Under the pieces are notes generated by a model. The model was not told the DNA's origin. It saw only the letters and a program-made list of their open reading frames with translations, and searched no databases. Made by a program: the position numbers and the translations under genes. Shown one piece after another: positions 1 to 8,623 of a stretch of 27,779 nucleotides of DNA; the stretch's first letter is position 1, and each line of letters begins with the position of its first letter. Source of the DNA: Chiloscyllium plagiosum (Eukaryota); the NCBI RefSeq assembly GCF_004010195.1, contig NC_057720.1, forward strand, positions 16,686,095-16,713,873, written 5' to 3'.

Positions 1-60
1 TCGGTGTTGACTTGTTGGGCAAATGGCCTATTTCCACAGTATAGGGATTCTTTAGATCTA
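1..60 (+). mobile_element. 3' end of HE1-type SINE (CR1-derived tail), cut by window edge
   Basis: tcggtgttgacttgttgggcaaatggcctatttccacagtataggga matches the 3' end of the full-length HE1 copy at 26345-26658 (reverse complement) and of the copy at 12896-13054. Confidence 0.8.
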
Positions 61-418
61 AAAATTCTATTGTAGTCAATGGCTCCCTTCATTCTTTTAT
101 GCTTTTACTTTTCTAAGATGTGTGAGTCCAAAGAAATGAAAAAATACCCCATAATAATCGACGTATACAACATTCATTGCAGAGAAATCTGAAGATCAGC
201 AATGAACATAGTTCCAGTTTTGAGTACTTCACATACCAAAAAGCTCTTTCTTGATGATATCAGGATTCAAGAAATATTTAAATAGAGAGTCATTTGTCTT
301 AACTGTTAATCAAATTCACTTTTTATCTCTGGGTAAGCAGATGTACCGATATTTTATATTGTATAAAGTTATGTATGTGACACACTAAGCTAAAAGAATT
401 GTTCTAATACTGTGACAG

Positions 419-531
419 GAAACTTATTAATCAAGAAAAGACAAGTTGGAAGATAGCTCCAGCTCCATCCATTTCTGAAATACCTGCAGCTCATGACTTA
501 CAGAGAGATCTTGAAAGATTAAGATCTTCAG
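419..531 (+). CDS. HFM1: Internal coding exon (113 nt, phase 2 to phase 1) of meiotic helicase HFM1/MER3, N-terminal region
   Basis: Acceptor gacag|G at 418/419 and donor G|gtatta at 531/532. The only open frame reads KLINQEKTSWKIAPAPSISEIPAAHDLQRDLERLRSS(G). It aligns without gaps over 37 aa to recalled human HFM1 HPDNEKSLDWFLPPAPLISEIPDTQELEEELESHKLL(G), with W, PAP, ISEIP, L and LE conserved. Phase is compatible with the exon at 22279. Confidence 0.85.
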
Positions 532-544
532 GTATTAGTTTAAC

Positions 545-636
545 GTTTCAAACAGTTTTTGTTCACAGTTTGTGCGAAGATTTGTAACTCGTTTCAAACA
601 GTTTTTGTTCACAGTTTGTGCGAAGATTTGTAACTC
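545..636 (+). repeat. Perfect 46-bp tandem duplication (2 copies)
   Basis: gtttcaaacagtttttgttcacagtttgtgcgaagatttgtaactc at 545-590 and 591-636. Confidence 0.95.
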
Positions 637-1040
637 AGGTGCTCGTTGTTGTGGTTCTGTTCGCCGAGCTGGGAATTTGAGTTGCAGACGTTTCGTCCCC
701 TGTCTAGTGCTTGGGAGCCTCCTGTGAAGCGCTTCTGTGATCTTTCCTCCAGCATTTGTAGTGGTTTGAATCTGCCGCTTCCGTTTTTCGGTTCCAGCTG
801 TCCGCTGTAGTGGTCGGTATATTGGGTCCAGGTCAATGTGCTTATTGATTGAGTCTGTATTGATTCCAAAGGACAGCTGGAACTGACAACCGGAAGCGGC
901 AGATTCAAACCACTACAAATGCCGGAGGAAAGATCACAGAAGCGCTTCACAGGAGGCTCCCAAGCACTGAGGATGTCACCGAGACAGCGGACGAAACGCC
1001 GGCACCAGAAATTCCCAGCTCGGCGAACAGAACCACAACA
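568..1040 (-). mobile_element. 5'-truncated Penelope-like element with inverted pseudo-LTRs
   Basis: Inverted arms at 647-803 and 871-1040. The spacer on the minus strand encodes TDSINKHIDLDPIYRPLQRTAG, typical of the C-terminus of PLE GIY-YIG ORFs. The arms contain hammerhead motifs. Flanked by a 17-bp direct repeat aacag(t/c)ttttgttcaca (551-567 and 1037-1053) as putative TSD. Confidence 0.8.
960..1003 (+). ncRNA. Degenerate minimal type I hammerhead ribozyme in the PLE pseudo-LTR
   Basis: CUGAGGA (967-973), stem II gtc...gac, GAAAC (993-997). The cleavage triplet reads GCC rather than GUC; the other arm retains GAAACGUC. Confidence 0.6.
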
Positions 1041-1228
1041 GCTTTTGTTCACATGTGTAACTATTTTAAAGGATTTTTAACCACCTCTATAGGTTTTTTC
1101 CCCTTGTTTTACTTTACTTATTTTATTAATCATTTTGCAGTGTTAATCCCACATTCTTTGACTATTTTGGAGCAGAAGTCATGAAAGCCAATCATTCAAA
1201 CATCAATTTGATCCTATAGCTGGAATAA

Positions 1229-1550
1229 GGGGAGGCGATGGTCTAGTGGAATTATTGGTAGATTATTAATCCAGAAACTCAGCTAATATTCTGTGGACCT
1301 GGGTTCGAATCCTACCATGGCAGGTGGTAAAACTTAAACTCAGTTAAAATATCTGGAATCAAGAATCTACTGATGACCATAAAACCATTGTCTATGTTCT
1401 ATGATTATCAGGAAAAAGCATTCAATTGTCCTTCAGGGATGGAAATCTGCAAACCTCATCTGCCCTGGCATACATGTGACTCCAGACCCACAGCAATGTG
1501 GTTGACTCTTAACTGCCCTCTGAAAAGTCTTAGTAAGTTACTCACTTGTA
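1229..1550 (+). promoter_or_regulatory. tRNA-derived Pol III head (A and B boxes) plus SINE-like central body resembling SacSINE1/DeuSINE
   Basis: A box tggtctagtgg 1239-1249 and B box ggttcgaatcc 1302-1312. The body catgtgactccagacccacagcaatgtggttgactcttaactgccctctg resembles the shark DeuSINE as I recall it. No SINE tail follows. Confidence 0.75.
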
Positions 1551-1659
1551 TCAGTCATGTTGAAGACTTAACAAAGACATGAAAATGGATGGACCACCTG
1601 GCATATCTGACACCCGGCATTGATCTAGGCACCGGAAAAGACAATGGCAGAATCAGCTC

Positions 1660-2540
1660 TGTCGATGCAAAGTCCTCTTTGCAAACATCTGGGGGCTACT
1701 GCCAAACTTGCAAAAGCTGTCTTTCAGACTAGAGTCAAACAACAGCCTAACATCGTCATACTCTAAGAATTGTACCTGACAGATAATGTCTCAGACACCA
1801 CTATCACCCTCCCTGGATATGTCTTGTCCCACTGGCAGAAGTGGCAGCAGAGTGATACACAATTGAGAGGAAGTTGCCCTAGAAGTCCTCAGCATTGACT
1901 CTGGACTCCATGAAGGCTCATGGCTTTGGGATAAATGTGGGCAAGCAAACCTCTTACTAATAACCATATACCGTTCTCCCTCAGCTGATAAGTCAGTGCT
2001 TCTCCATATTGAACAACACTTGAAGGAATGTCTGAAGGTGGCAAGAGCACAAAATGTACTCTGGGTGGGGGATTTCTAAGAACACCACCAAGAGTGGCTC
2101 AGCAATCGCACTACTAATTGAGCTGGTCGTGTTTGAAAGGACATAGATACTAGACTGCGTCTGCAACATTGGTGAGGGACCAACGAGAGGCAAAAAACAT
2201 ATTAGACCTCATCCTTACCAATCTGCCAGCTGCAGGGATGCACCTGTCCATGCTAATATTGATAAGAGTGACCACTGCACAGTCTTTGTGGTGATGAAAT
2301 CCCACGTTCACAATGAGAACATCCTCCATGGTTGTTTGTAGCACCTATCACTGTGCTAAATGGATAAGCTTTGAACAGACCTAGCAACTCAAGATTAGGC
2401 ATTCATGAGGATATGTGGGCCCTTAACAATCTGCAAACTCATAGCCAGCGTTTCCCTTACTCAACTATTTCCATCAAGCCACAGGATCAATCCTGGTTCA
2501 ATGGACAGTGCAGGAGGGCATGCTAGGTGCAACACCACCA
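1660..2540 (+). mobile_element. Decayed LINE APE-endonuclease region (CR1/L2 supergroup, a family distinct from the HER1-like CR1s), contiguous with the tRNA head
   Basis: Broken frames give ANIWGLLPNL (1681), LLLITIYRSPSADKSVL (1951), NVLWVGDF*EHHQEWL (2053), PTRGK/ILDLILTN (2180) and SDH (2267), which are APE motifs in the correct order. Confidence 0.85.
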
Positions 2541-3657
2541 GAGTAATAGAACCATGCAGCATGGAAACACACCCTTCTCCCCAATCTGAGCTATTCCCAT
2601 CTGCTAGCATTCGGCACATATCCCTCTAAATGTAAAAATCGAGATGCCTTTTAAATGTTATAATTATGCTTAACAGTACTTCCTCTGGCAGCTTATTCTA
2701 TACACACATCATCCTCTGCATGAAAATGTTACCCCTCAGGTCAATTTTAAATCTTTCCCACCTCAACTTAAACCTATGCCCTCTAGTTTTGGACTCCCCC
2801 ACCCGAGGAAAAATACCTTGGCTATTCATCCTACACATGGACCTTATGATTTTAAAAACCTCTATAGGTTCACCCATCAGCCTCTGATGGTTCGGAGGGA
2901 AAAATGCCTCAGTCTATTCAGCTTCTCCCTATAACTCAAACCTTTCAGTCCTGGCAACATCCTTGTCAAGCTTTACAGTACCGTCTCAAATTTAACAACA
3001 TTTTTCCTATAGGAGGACAACCAGAATTGCATGCTGTATTCTAAAAGTGGCCTCATCAATGTTCTGTATGGCTGCAACATGACATTCCAAATCCTCTACT
3101 CAATGTTCTGACCAATGAAGACAAGCATGCCAAAAACCTTCTTCACCAGTCTGTCATCCTACAACTCTACTTTCAAAGAACTATGCACCTGCATCCAAAG
3201 GTCTCTGTGTTTGGCAGCACTCTCCAGGGCTGTACCATTAAGTGAAAATATCCTGCCCTGGTTTACATTACCAAAGTGCAGTATCTCACATTTATCTAAA
3301 TTAAACTCCAATCGCCACTCCTTGGCCCATTGGCCCATCTGATCAAAGTCCCATTGTACTCTGAAATAATCTTCTTCACTATCCACTACACCACTTATTT
3401 TGGTGTCATCTGCAAACTTACTAACCATGTCTCCTTTTTTTAATCCAAAAAAATTCATATAAGTGATGAATAGCAGTACACCCAGCACCAATCCTTGTGG
3501 GACACTACTGGTCACAAGCCTCTCGCCCAAAAAGCAATTCTTAACCACAATTCTGTCTCCTGCCTCCAGCAAATTTTGTATCCAACTGGCTAGCTCTCCT
3601 GGATCCCATGTGATCTAACATTACTAACCAGTTTACCATGTGGAACTTTGTCAAATG
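2541..3657 (-). mobile_element. CR1 LINE, 3' segment; host element that continues at 4860-5210 and 6224-6440
   Basis: Tail at 2541. RT motifs VPQGLVLG, KFADDTKI and FNLDKCEILHFG. Breaks inside DFSKAF|DKVPH, which resumes at 4860. Confidence 0.9.
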
Positions 3658-3848
3658 TTCTGACCAATGAGGACAAGCATGCTAAAGATCTTCTTCACTG
3701 GTCTGTCAATCACCAACTCTACTTTCAAAGAACTATGCACCTGCATCCCAAGGTCTCTGTGTTTGGCAGCACTCTCCAGGGCTGTACCATTAAGTGTAAA
3801 CATCCTGCCCTGGTTTACATTACCAAAGTGCAGTATCTCACATTTATC
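3658..3848 (-). repeat. 191-bp local copy of 3106-3296
   Basis: Direct comparison: 3 mismatches in the last ~128 nt and about 10 in the first ~65 nt. Both share the GNVNQGR subfamily signature. Confidence 0.9.
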
Positions 3849-4859
3849 AAAGAAGATTGATGAGGGCAGAGCAGTAGATGTGACCCATATGGACTTCAGT
3901 AAGGCGTTCGACAAGGTTCCCCACGGGAGACTGATTAGCAAGTTTAGATATCATAGAATAAAGGGATAACTAGCCATTTGGATACAGAACTGGCTCAAAG
4001 GTAGAAGATAGAGGGTGGTGGTGGAGGGTTGTTTTTCAGACTGGAGGCCTGTGACCAATGGAGTGCCACAAGGATCGGTGCTGGGTCNNNNNNNNNNNNN
4101 NNNNNNNNNNNNNNNNNNNNNNNNNNNNNNNNNNNNNNNNNNNNNNNNNNNNNNNNNNNNNNNNNNNNNNNNNNNNNNNNNNNNNNNNNNNNNNNNNNNN
4201 NNNNNNNNNNNNNNNNNNNNNNNNNNNNNNNNNNNNNNNNNNNNNNNNNNNNNNNNNNNNNNNNNNNNNNNNNNNNNNNNNNNNNNNNNNNNNNNNNNNN
4301 NNNNNNNNNNNNNNNNNNNNNNNNNNNNNNNNNNNNNNNNNNNNNNNNNNNNNNNNNNNNNNNNNNNNNNNNNNNNNNNNNNNNNNNNNNNNNNNNNNNN
4401 NNNNNNNNNNNNNNNNNNNNNNNNNNNNNNNNNNNNNNNNNNNNNNNNNNNNNNNNNNNNNNNNNAGCTGAGGGGTGACCTTATAGAGGTTTACAAAATT
4501 ATGAGGGGCATGGATAGGATAAATAGACAAAGCCTTTCCCCTGGGGTCGGGGACTCCAGAACTAGAGGGCATAGGTTTAGGGTGTGAGGGCAGAGATATA
4601 AAAGAGACCTAAGGGGCAACTTTTCCATGCAGAGGGTGGTACGTATATGGAATGAGCTGCCAGAGGATGTGGTGGAGGCTGGTCCAATTGCAACATTTAA
4701 GAGGCATTTGGATGGGTATATGAATAGCAAGGGTTTGGAGGGATATGGGCCGGGTGCTGTCAGGTGGGACTAGATTAGGTTGGGATATCTGGTCAACATG
4801 TACAGGTTGGACCAAAGGGTTTGTTTCCGTGCTGTACATCTCCGTGATTCCATAACTCT
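3849..4859 (+). mobile_element. 5'-truncated CR1 LINE (RT to tail), spanning a gap
   Basis: KKIDEGRAVDVTHMDFSKAFDKVPHGRL, GVPQGSVLG and LRGDLIEVYKIMRG, with a tail near 4845-4859. aaatg is duplicated at 3653-3657 and 4860-4864. Confidence 0.92.
4088..4465. other. Assembly gap
   Basis: Run of N. Confidence 0.99.
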
Positions 4860-5210
4860 AAATGCTTTGCTGAAGTCCGCATAGATAACTACTACTGCTC
4901 TGCCTTCGTTAGGCTTCTTTGCCACCTCTTCAAAAAACTTATTTCCCATGCACAAAGCCATGTTGCCTTTCCAAATGCATGTAAGTCCTGTCCCTTAGAA
5001 TCCCCTCAAACAATTTACCCACCACTGATGTAAGGTTCACCAGTCAATAGTCCTCTGGCTTTTCCTTACAGCCTTTCTGCGACAACAATGCCACATTAAC
5101 CACCCTCTAGTCTCCTAGCACCTCACCCATGGCTATCCATAGCACAATTATCTCAGTAAGAAGCCCAGCAATCTCTTCCCTAGCTTCCTACAAAGTTTTG
5201 GGAAACAGCT
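4860..5210 (-). mobile_element. CR1 host element, middle segment
   Basis: Minus strand reads FFEEVAKKPNEGRAVVVIYADFSKAF, contiguous in CR1 coordinates with 3657. Confidence 0.85.
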
Positions 5211-6222
5211 AGAGTCATATAACATGGAAACTTACCCTTTGGTCCAACTTGTCCATGCTGACCATGTTCAAAAACCAAACTGGTCTCACTTGCTTGCATT
5301 TGGCCCATATCCCTCCAAACCATTCCTAGTCATGTACTTATCCAGATGTCTTTTAAATGTTGTAAATGTATCTTATTCCACCACTTCTTCTGGCACTTCA
5401 TTTCATATATGAACCATTCTTTGTATAAAAATGTTGCTCCTCATGTCCTTTTTAAATCTTTATCCTCTCACCTTTAAAATATGCCCTTTAGTTTTGAACT
5501 GTCTCCCCAAGGGAAAAGATCCATTCTATTCACCTTATCTATGTCCCTCCTACACTCCAGTGAAACAAGTCCCAGCCTAGCTTTATAACTCAAACCCTCC
5601 ATTCCTGTCAATATCCTGATAAATCTTTTCAGAACCCTCTCAAATTTAATAATACCCTTCCTATAATAGGGAGACCAGAATTGCATGAAGTATTCCAGAA
5701 GAGGCCTCACAAACGTCCTGTACAACCTCAACATGACAGTCCCAACTTCTATACTCAAAAGGTCTGAGAGTGATGGCCAGTTTGCGAAACACCTTCTCAA
5801 CTACCCTGTCTACCTGTGACGCAAATTTCGCAGAATTATGTACCTGAACCCCTTGGTCTCTCTGATCTACAACACAGCCCAGGGCCCTTGTTTGTTTTCC
5901 AAAAATGCAAAACCTCACATTTATCCATATTAAACTCCATCTGGTAGTCCTCAGCCTATTCACCCAATTGTTCAAGATCTCTTTGTAAACTTAGATAATC
6001 TTTCCAACATCCACTATATTGCCAATTTTGATGTCATTCACAAACTTACTAACCATGCCTCCTATATTCTCATCCAAATCATTTATGTAAATGACAGCAA
6101 AAGTGGATCCAGTACCAATCCCTATGGAACACCACTGATGACTGGCGTCCAGTCTGAAAACAACCCTCCACAGCCACTCTCTGTTTCCTACCGTAAAGCC
6201 AAGTTTGTATCCAATTGGCAGT
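5211..6222 (-). mobile_element. 5'-truncated CR1 LINE nested in the host CR1
   Basis: Tail at 5211. Minus strand reads MLRLYRTFVRPLLEYFMQFWSPYYRK, with RT core remnants near 6000-6140. Confidence 0.88.
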
Positions 6223-6223
6223 T

Positions 6224-6440
6224 GACCTGATCAGATTTCAGGAACTTACCTACCTTGATATGTTTTAAGATCTCCAGCACCTCCTCTTCTGTAAGGTTAA
6301 CTCTTTCCAAGGCATCATTGTTTATTTCCCCATGTTCCCTTGCTTCCATATCCTAATATTGATGCAAAATATTCATTTAGTATCTCACCCATCTGCCGTG
6401 GTTCCACACATGGAGGGCCACATTGATCTTTAAGGAACCT
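6224..6440 (-). mobile_element. CR1 host element, 5'-most remaining segment
   Basis: Similar to 18680-18885 (tccagcacctcctcttctgtaa; gatgcaaaatattcatttagtatc). Continues from about 5210. Confidence 0.75.
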
Positions 6441-6632
6441 AGGCCTGCCTAAAAATGAGGTGTCAATGTGGTGAAGTTACCAAACAGGATTCCTTGCATG
6501 CCAGCCAGCATAAGCAGCAAATGATAGTTACAGGGATCCCACAACCAATGGATCAGATCTACGTTCTACAGTCCTGCCACATCCAGTTGTGAATGGTGGC
6601 GAACAATTAAAAAACTTATTAGAGGAAGAGGA
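6441..6632 (+). mobile_element. Continuation of the tRNA-headed LINE after the nested CR1 cluster
   Basis: Encodes SPATSSCEWWRTIK in the post-endonuclease linker. It is not similar to the HER1-like CR1s and fits as the sequence following 2540. Confidence 0.7.
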
Positions 6633-6634
6633 GA

Positions 6635-6757
6635 AGGCACTGATGTTTTGGACTCTTCCATTATTGAGGATGGGGATATTTGTGGAGCTGCCTTGTCCAG
6701 TGAGTTGTTTAATAGTCCGCCACCATTCATGACTGGATGTGGCAAATTTGCAGAACG
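6635..6757 (-). mobile_element. Inverted fragment of the same LINE family
   Basis: The reverse complement tgccacatccagtcatgaatggtggcggactattaaacaactc matches 6575-6617. Confidence 0.8.
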
Positions 6758-6781
6758 TTATTATTTATATTTTGTTATATT

Positions 6782-7312
6782 GAACGTGGACAGCTTTAGT
6801 ATCTGAGGAGTCACAAATGACGCTGAACACCATGCAATCATCAGTGAACATCTCCACTTCTGACCTTACCATAGAGGAAGCAGCTGAAGATATTTGAGCC
6901 TAGGACACTATCCTGTGGAACTGCTGCAGTGATGTCCTAGACCTGAGATGACTGACCTCTAACAACTGTGACTATCTTCTTGTGTGCCTGGTATGACTCC
7001 AACCAGTGGAGAATTTTCCCCTGATACCTGTTAATTCCAGTTTTGCAAGGATTTGATGCCACACTCAGTTAATTGTCGCCTTGATGTCAATGGCTGTCAC
7101 ACTCACCTCACTTTTGGAATTCAGCCCTTTTGTCCATTTTTGAACTAAGTCTGTCATGAGGTTAGGAGCTGAGTGGCCCTGGCAGAATCCAAACTAGGCT
7201 TCACACAGCATATTATTGCTGAGCAGATGCTGCTTGATAACAGTTGATAATACATTCCATCACTTTACTAATAGTTGAGAGTAGATTAGTAAGGCAATTA
7301 TTGGCTTCATTG
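6782..7312 (-). mobile_element. RT domain of the same (non-HER1) LINE family, inverted
   Basis: Minus strand reads NLLSTISKVME, IDIKA, AVPQDSVLG (6898-6924) and MFTDDC (6835-6852). Confidence 0.85.
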
Positions 7313-7337
7313 GCCCCACATGCACAAGCATCCACTC

Positions 7338-7692
7338 CACAATAAGATGCACTATGGAAATTCACTAAAGATCCTGAAACAGCACCTTCCAAACCACTTC
7401 CATCTAGAAGGACGAGGGCAGTACTTACATGGGAACACCACCATCTGCAAGTTCCCCTTCCAACCATTCACCATCCTGACTTGGAAATATATTGCCGTTC
7501 CTTCACTGTCACTGGGTCAAAAACTTGGTAATCCCTGTTGAAGGGTATTGTGAATCAACTGATAAAATGGACTGCAGCAGATCAAAAAGGCAATTCACCA
7601 CCCTTTTCTCAAGGGCAGCTAGGTTTGGAAAATAAATCCTGGCCATGCAATGATGCCCATGTCCCACATCCCATGAGTCATTTTAAAAAAAG
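7338..7692 (+). mobile_element. 3' end and tail of the same LINE family
   Basis: ORF end CKFPFQPFTILTWKYIAVP. The tail aagggcagctagg...aataaatcctggcc...cccacatcccatga plus A-run resembles the SacSINE1-type tail (recalled). Confidence 0.7.
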
Positions 7693-8021
7693 GTAGCTAA
7701 TCAAAATTCCATGCCCCAAATAAAAAGTTGGACTTGTAACTGGTTTCCATTTAAAACCAACTGTTGCATTGTATTAAGAGATGTTTGTTACTGAATCTAA
7801 ATAAATTGTCTCATATTCTCATGGTACGAAGCAACTTCTTTTAGTCCTCATCACAACCTCCCAATTCCTAACCCCAAATCCATGCCTCCATAGCAGCTGA
7901 TTGAGATTGAACCAGACAGTTGGCAACCTTGGTGTTATGCAAGGAGTGCATTTTGGACTGAAAAAAGGATAGAACGGGGTATTTTCTGTATGGTATGAAA
8001 TTCAATACAGTGGATCTCCAA

Positions 8022-8521
8022 NNNNNNNNNNNNNNNNNNNNNNNNNNNNNNNNNNNNNNNNNNNNNNNNNNNNNNNNNNNNNNNNNNNNNNNNNNNNNNN
8101 NNNNNNNNNNNNNNNNNNNNNNNNNNNNNNNNNNNNNNNNNNNNNNNNNNNNNNNNNNNNNNNNNNNNNNNNNNNNNNNNNNNNNNNNNNNNNNNNNNNN
8201 NNNNNNNNNNNNNNNNNNNNNNNNNNNNNNNNNNNNNNNNNNNNNNNNNNNNNNNNNNNNNNNNNNNNNNNNNNNNNNNNNNNNNNNNNNNNNNNNNNNN
8301 NNNNNNNNNNNNNNNNNNNNNNNNNNNNNNNNNNNNNNNNNNNNNNNNNNNNNNNNNNNNNNNNNNNNNNNNNNNNNNNNNNNNNNNNNNNNNNNNNNNN
8401 NNNNNNNNNNNNNNNNNNNNNNNNNNNNNNNNNNNNNNNNNNNNNNNNNNNNNNNNNNNNNNNNNNNNNNNNNNNNNNNNNNNNNNNNNNNNNNNNNNNN
8501 NNNNNNNNNNNNNNNNNNNNN
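8022..8521. other. Assembly gap
   Basis: 500 N. Confidence 0.99.
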
Positions 8522-8544
8522 ATATGGTCACAGAAATTTAAGGG

Positions 8545-8623
8545 TGCATACATGTGGATAAGTGGTCGGCACAACATCGTGGGCTGAAGGGCCTGTTCTA
8601 TGCTGTACTGTTCTATGTTCTAT
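8545..8623 (+). mobile_element. CR1-type 3' tail
   Basis: gtcggcacaacatcgtgggctgaagggcctgtt followed by (tgttcta)n repeats. Confidence 0.7.

Noticed and set aside
545..636. CRISPR-like or prokaryotic system (also 20631-20702)
   Set aside because: Two-copy tandem duplications with no spacers, in eukaryotic context.
4015..4587. Long ORFs in the track (also 7935-8577 and 9226-9804)
   Set aside because: Their length comes from N gaps; not real genes.
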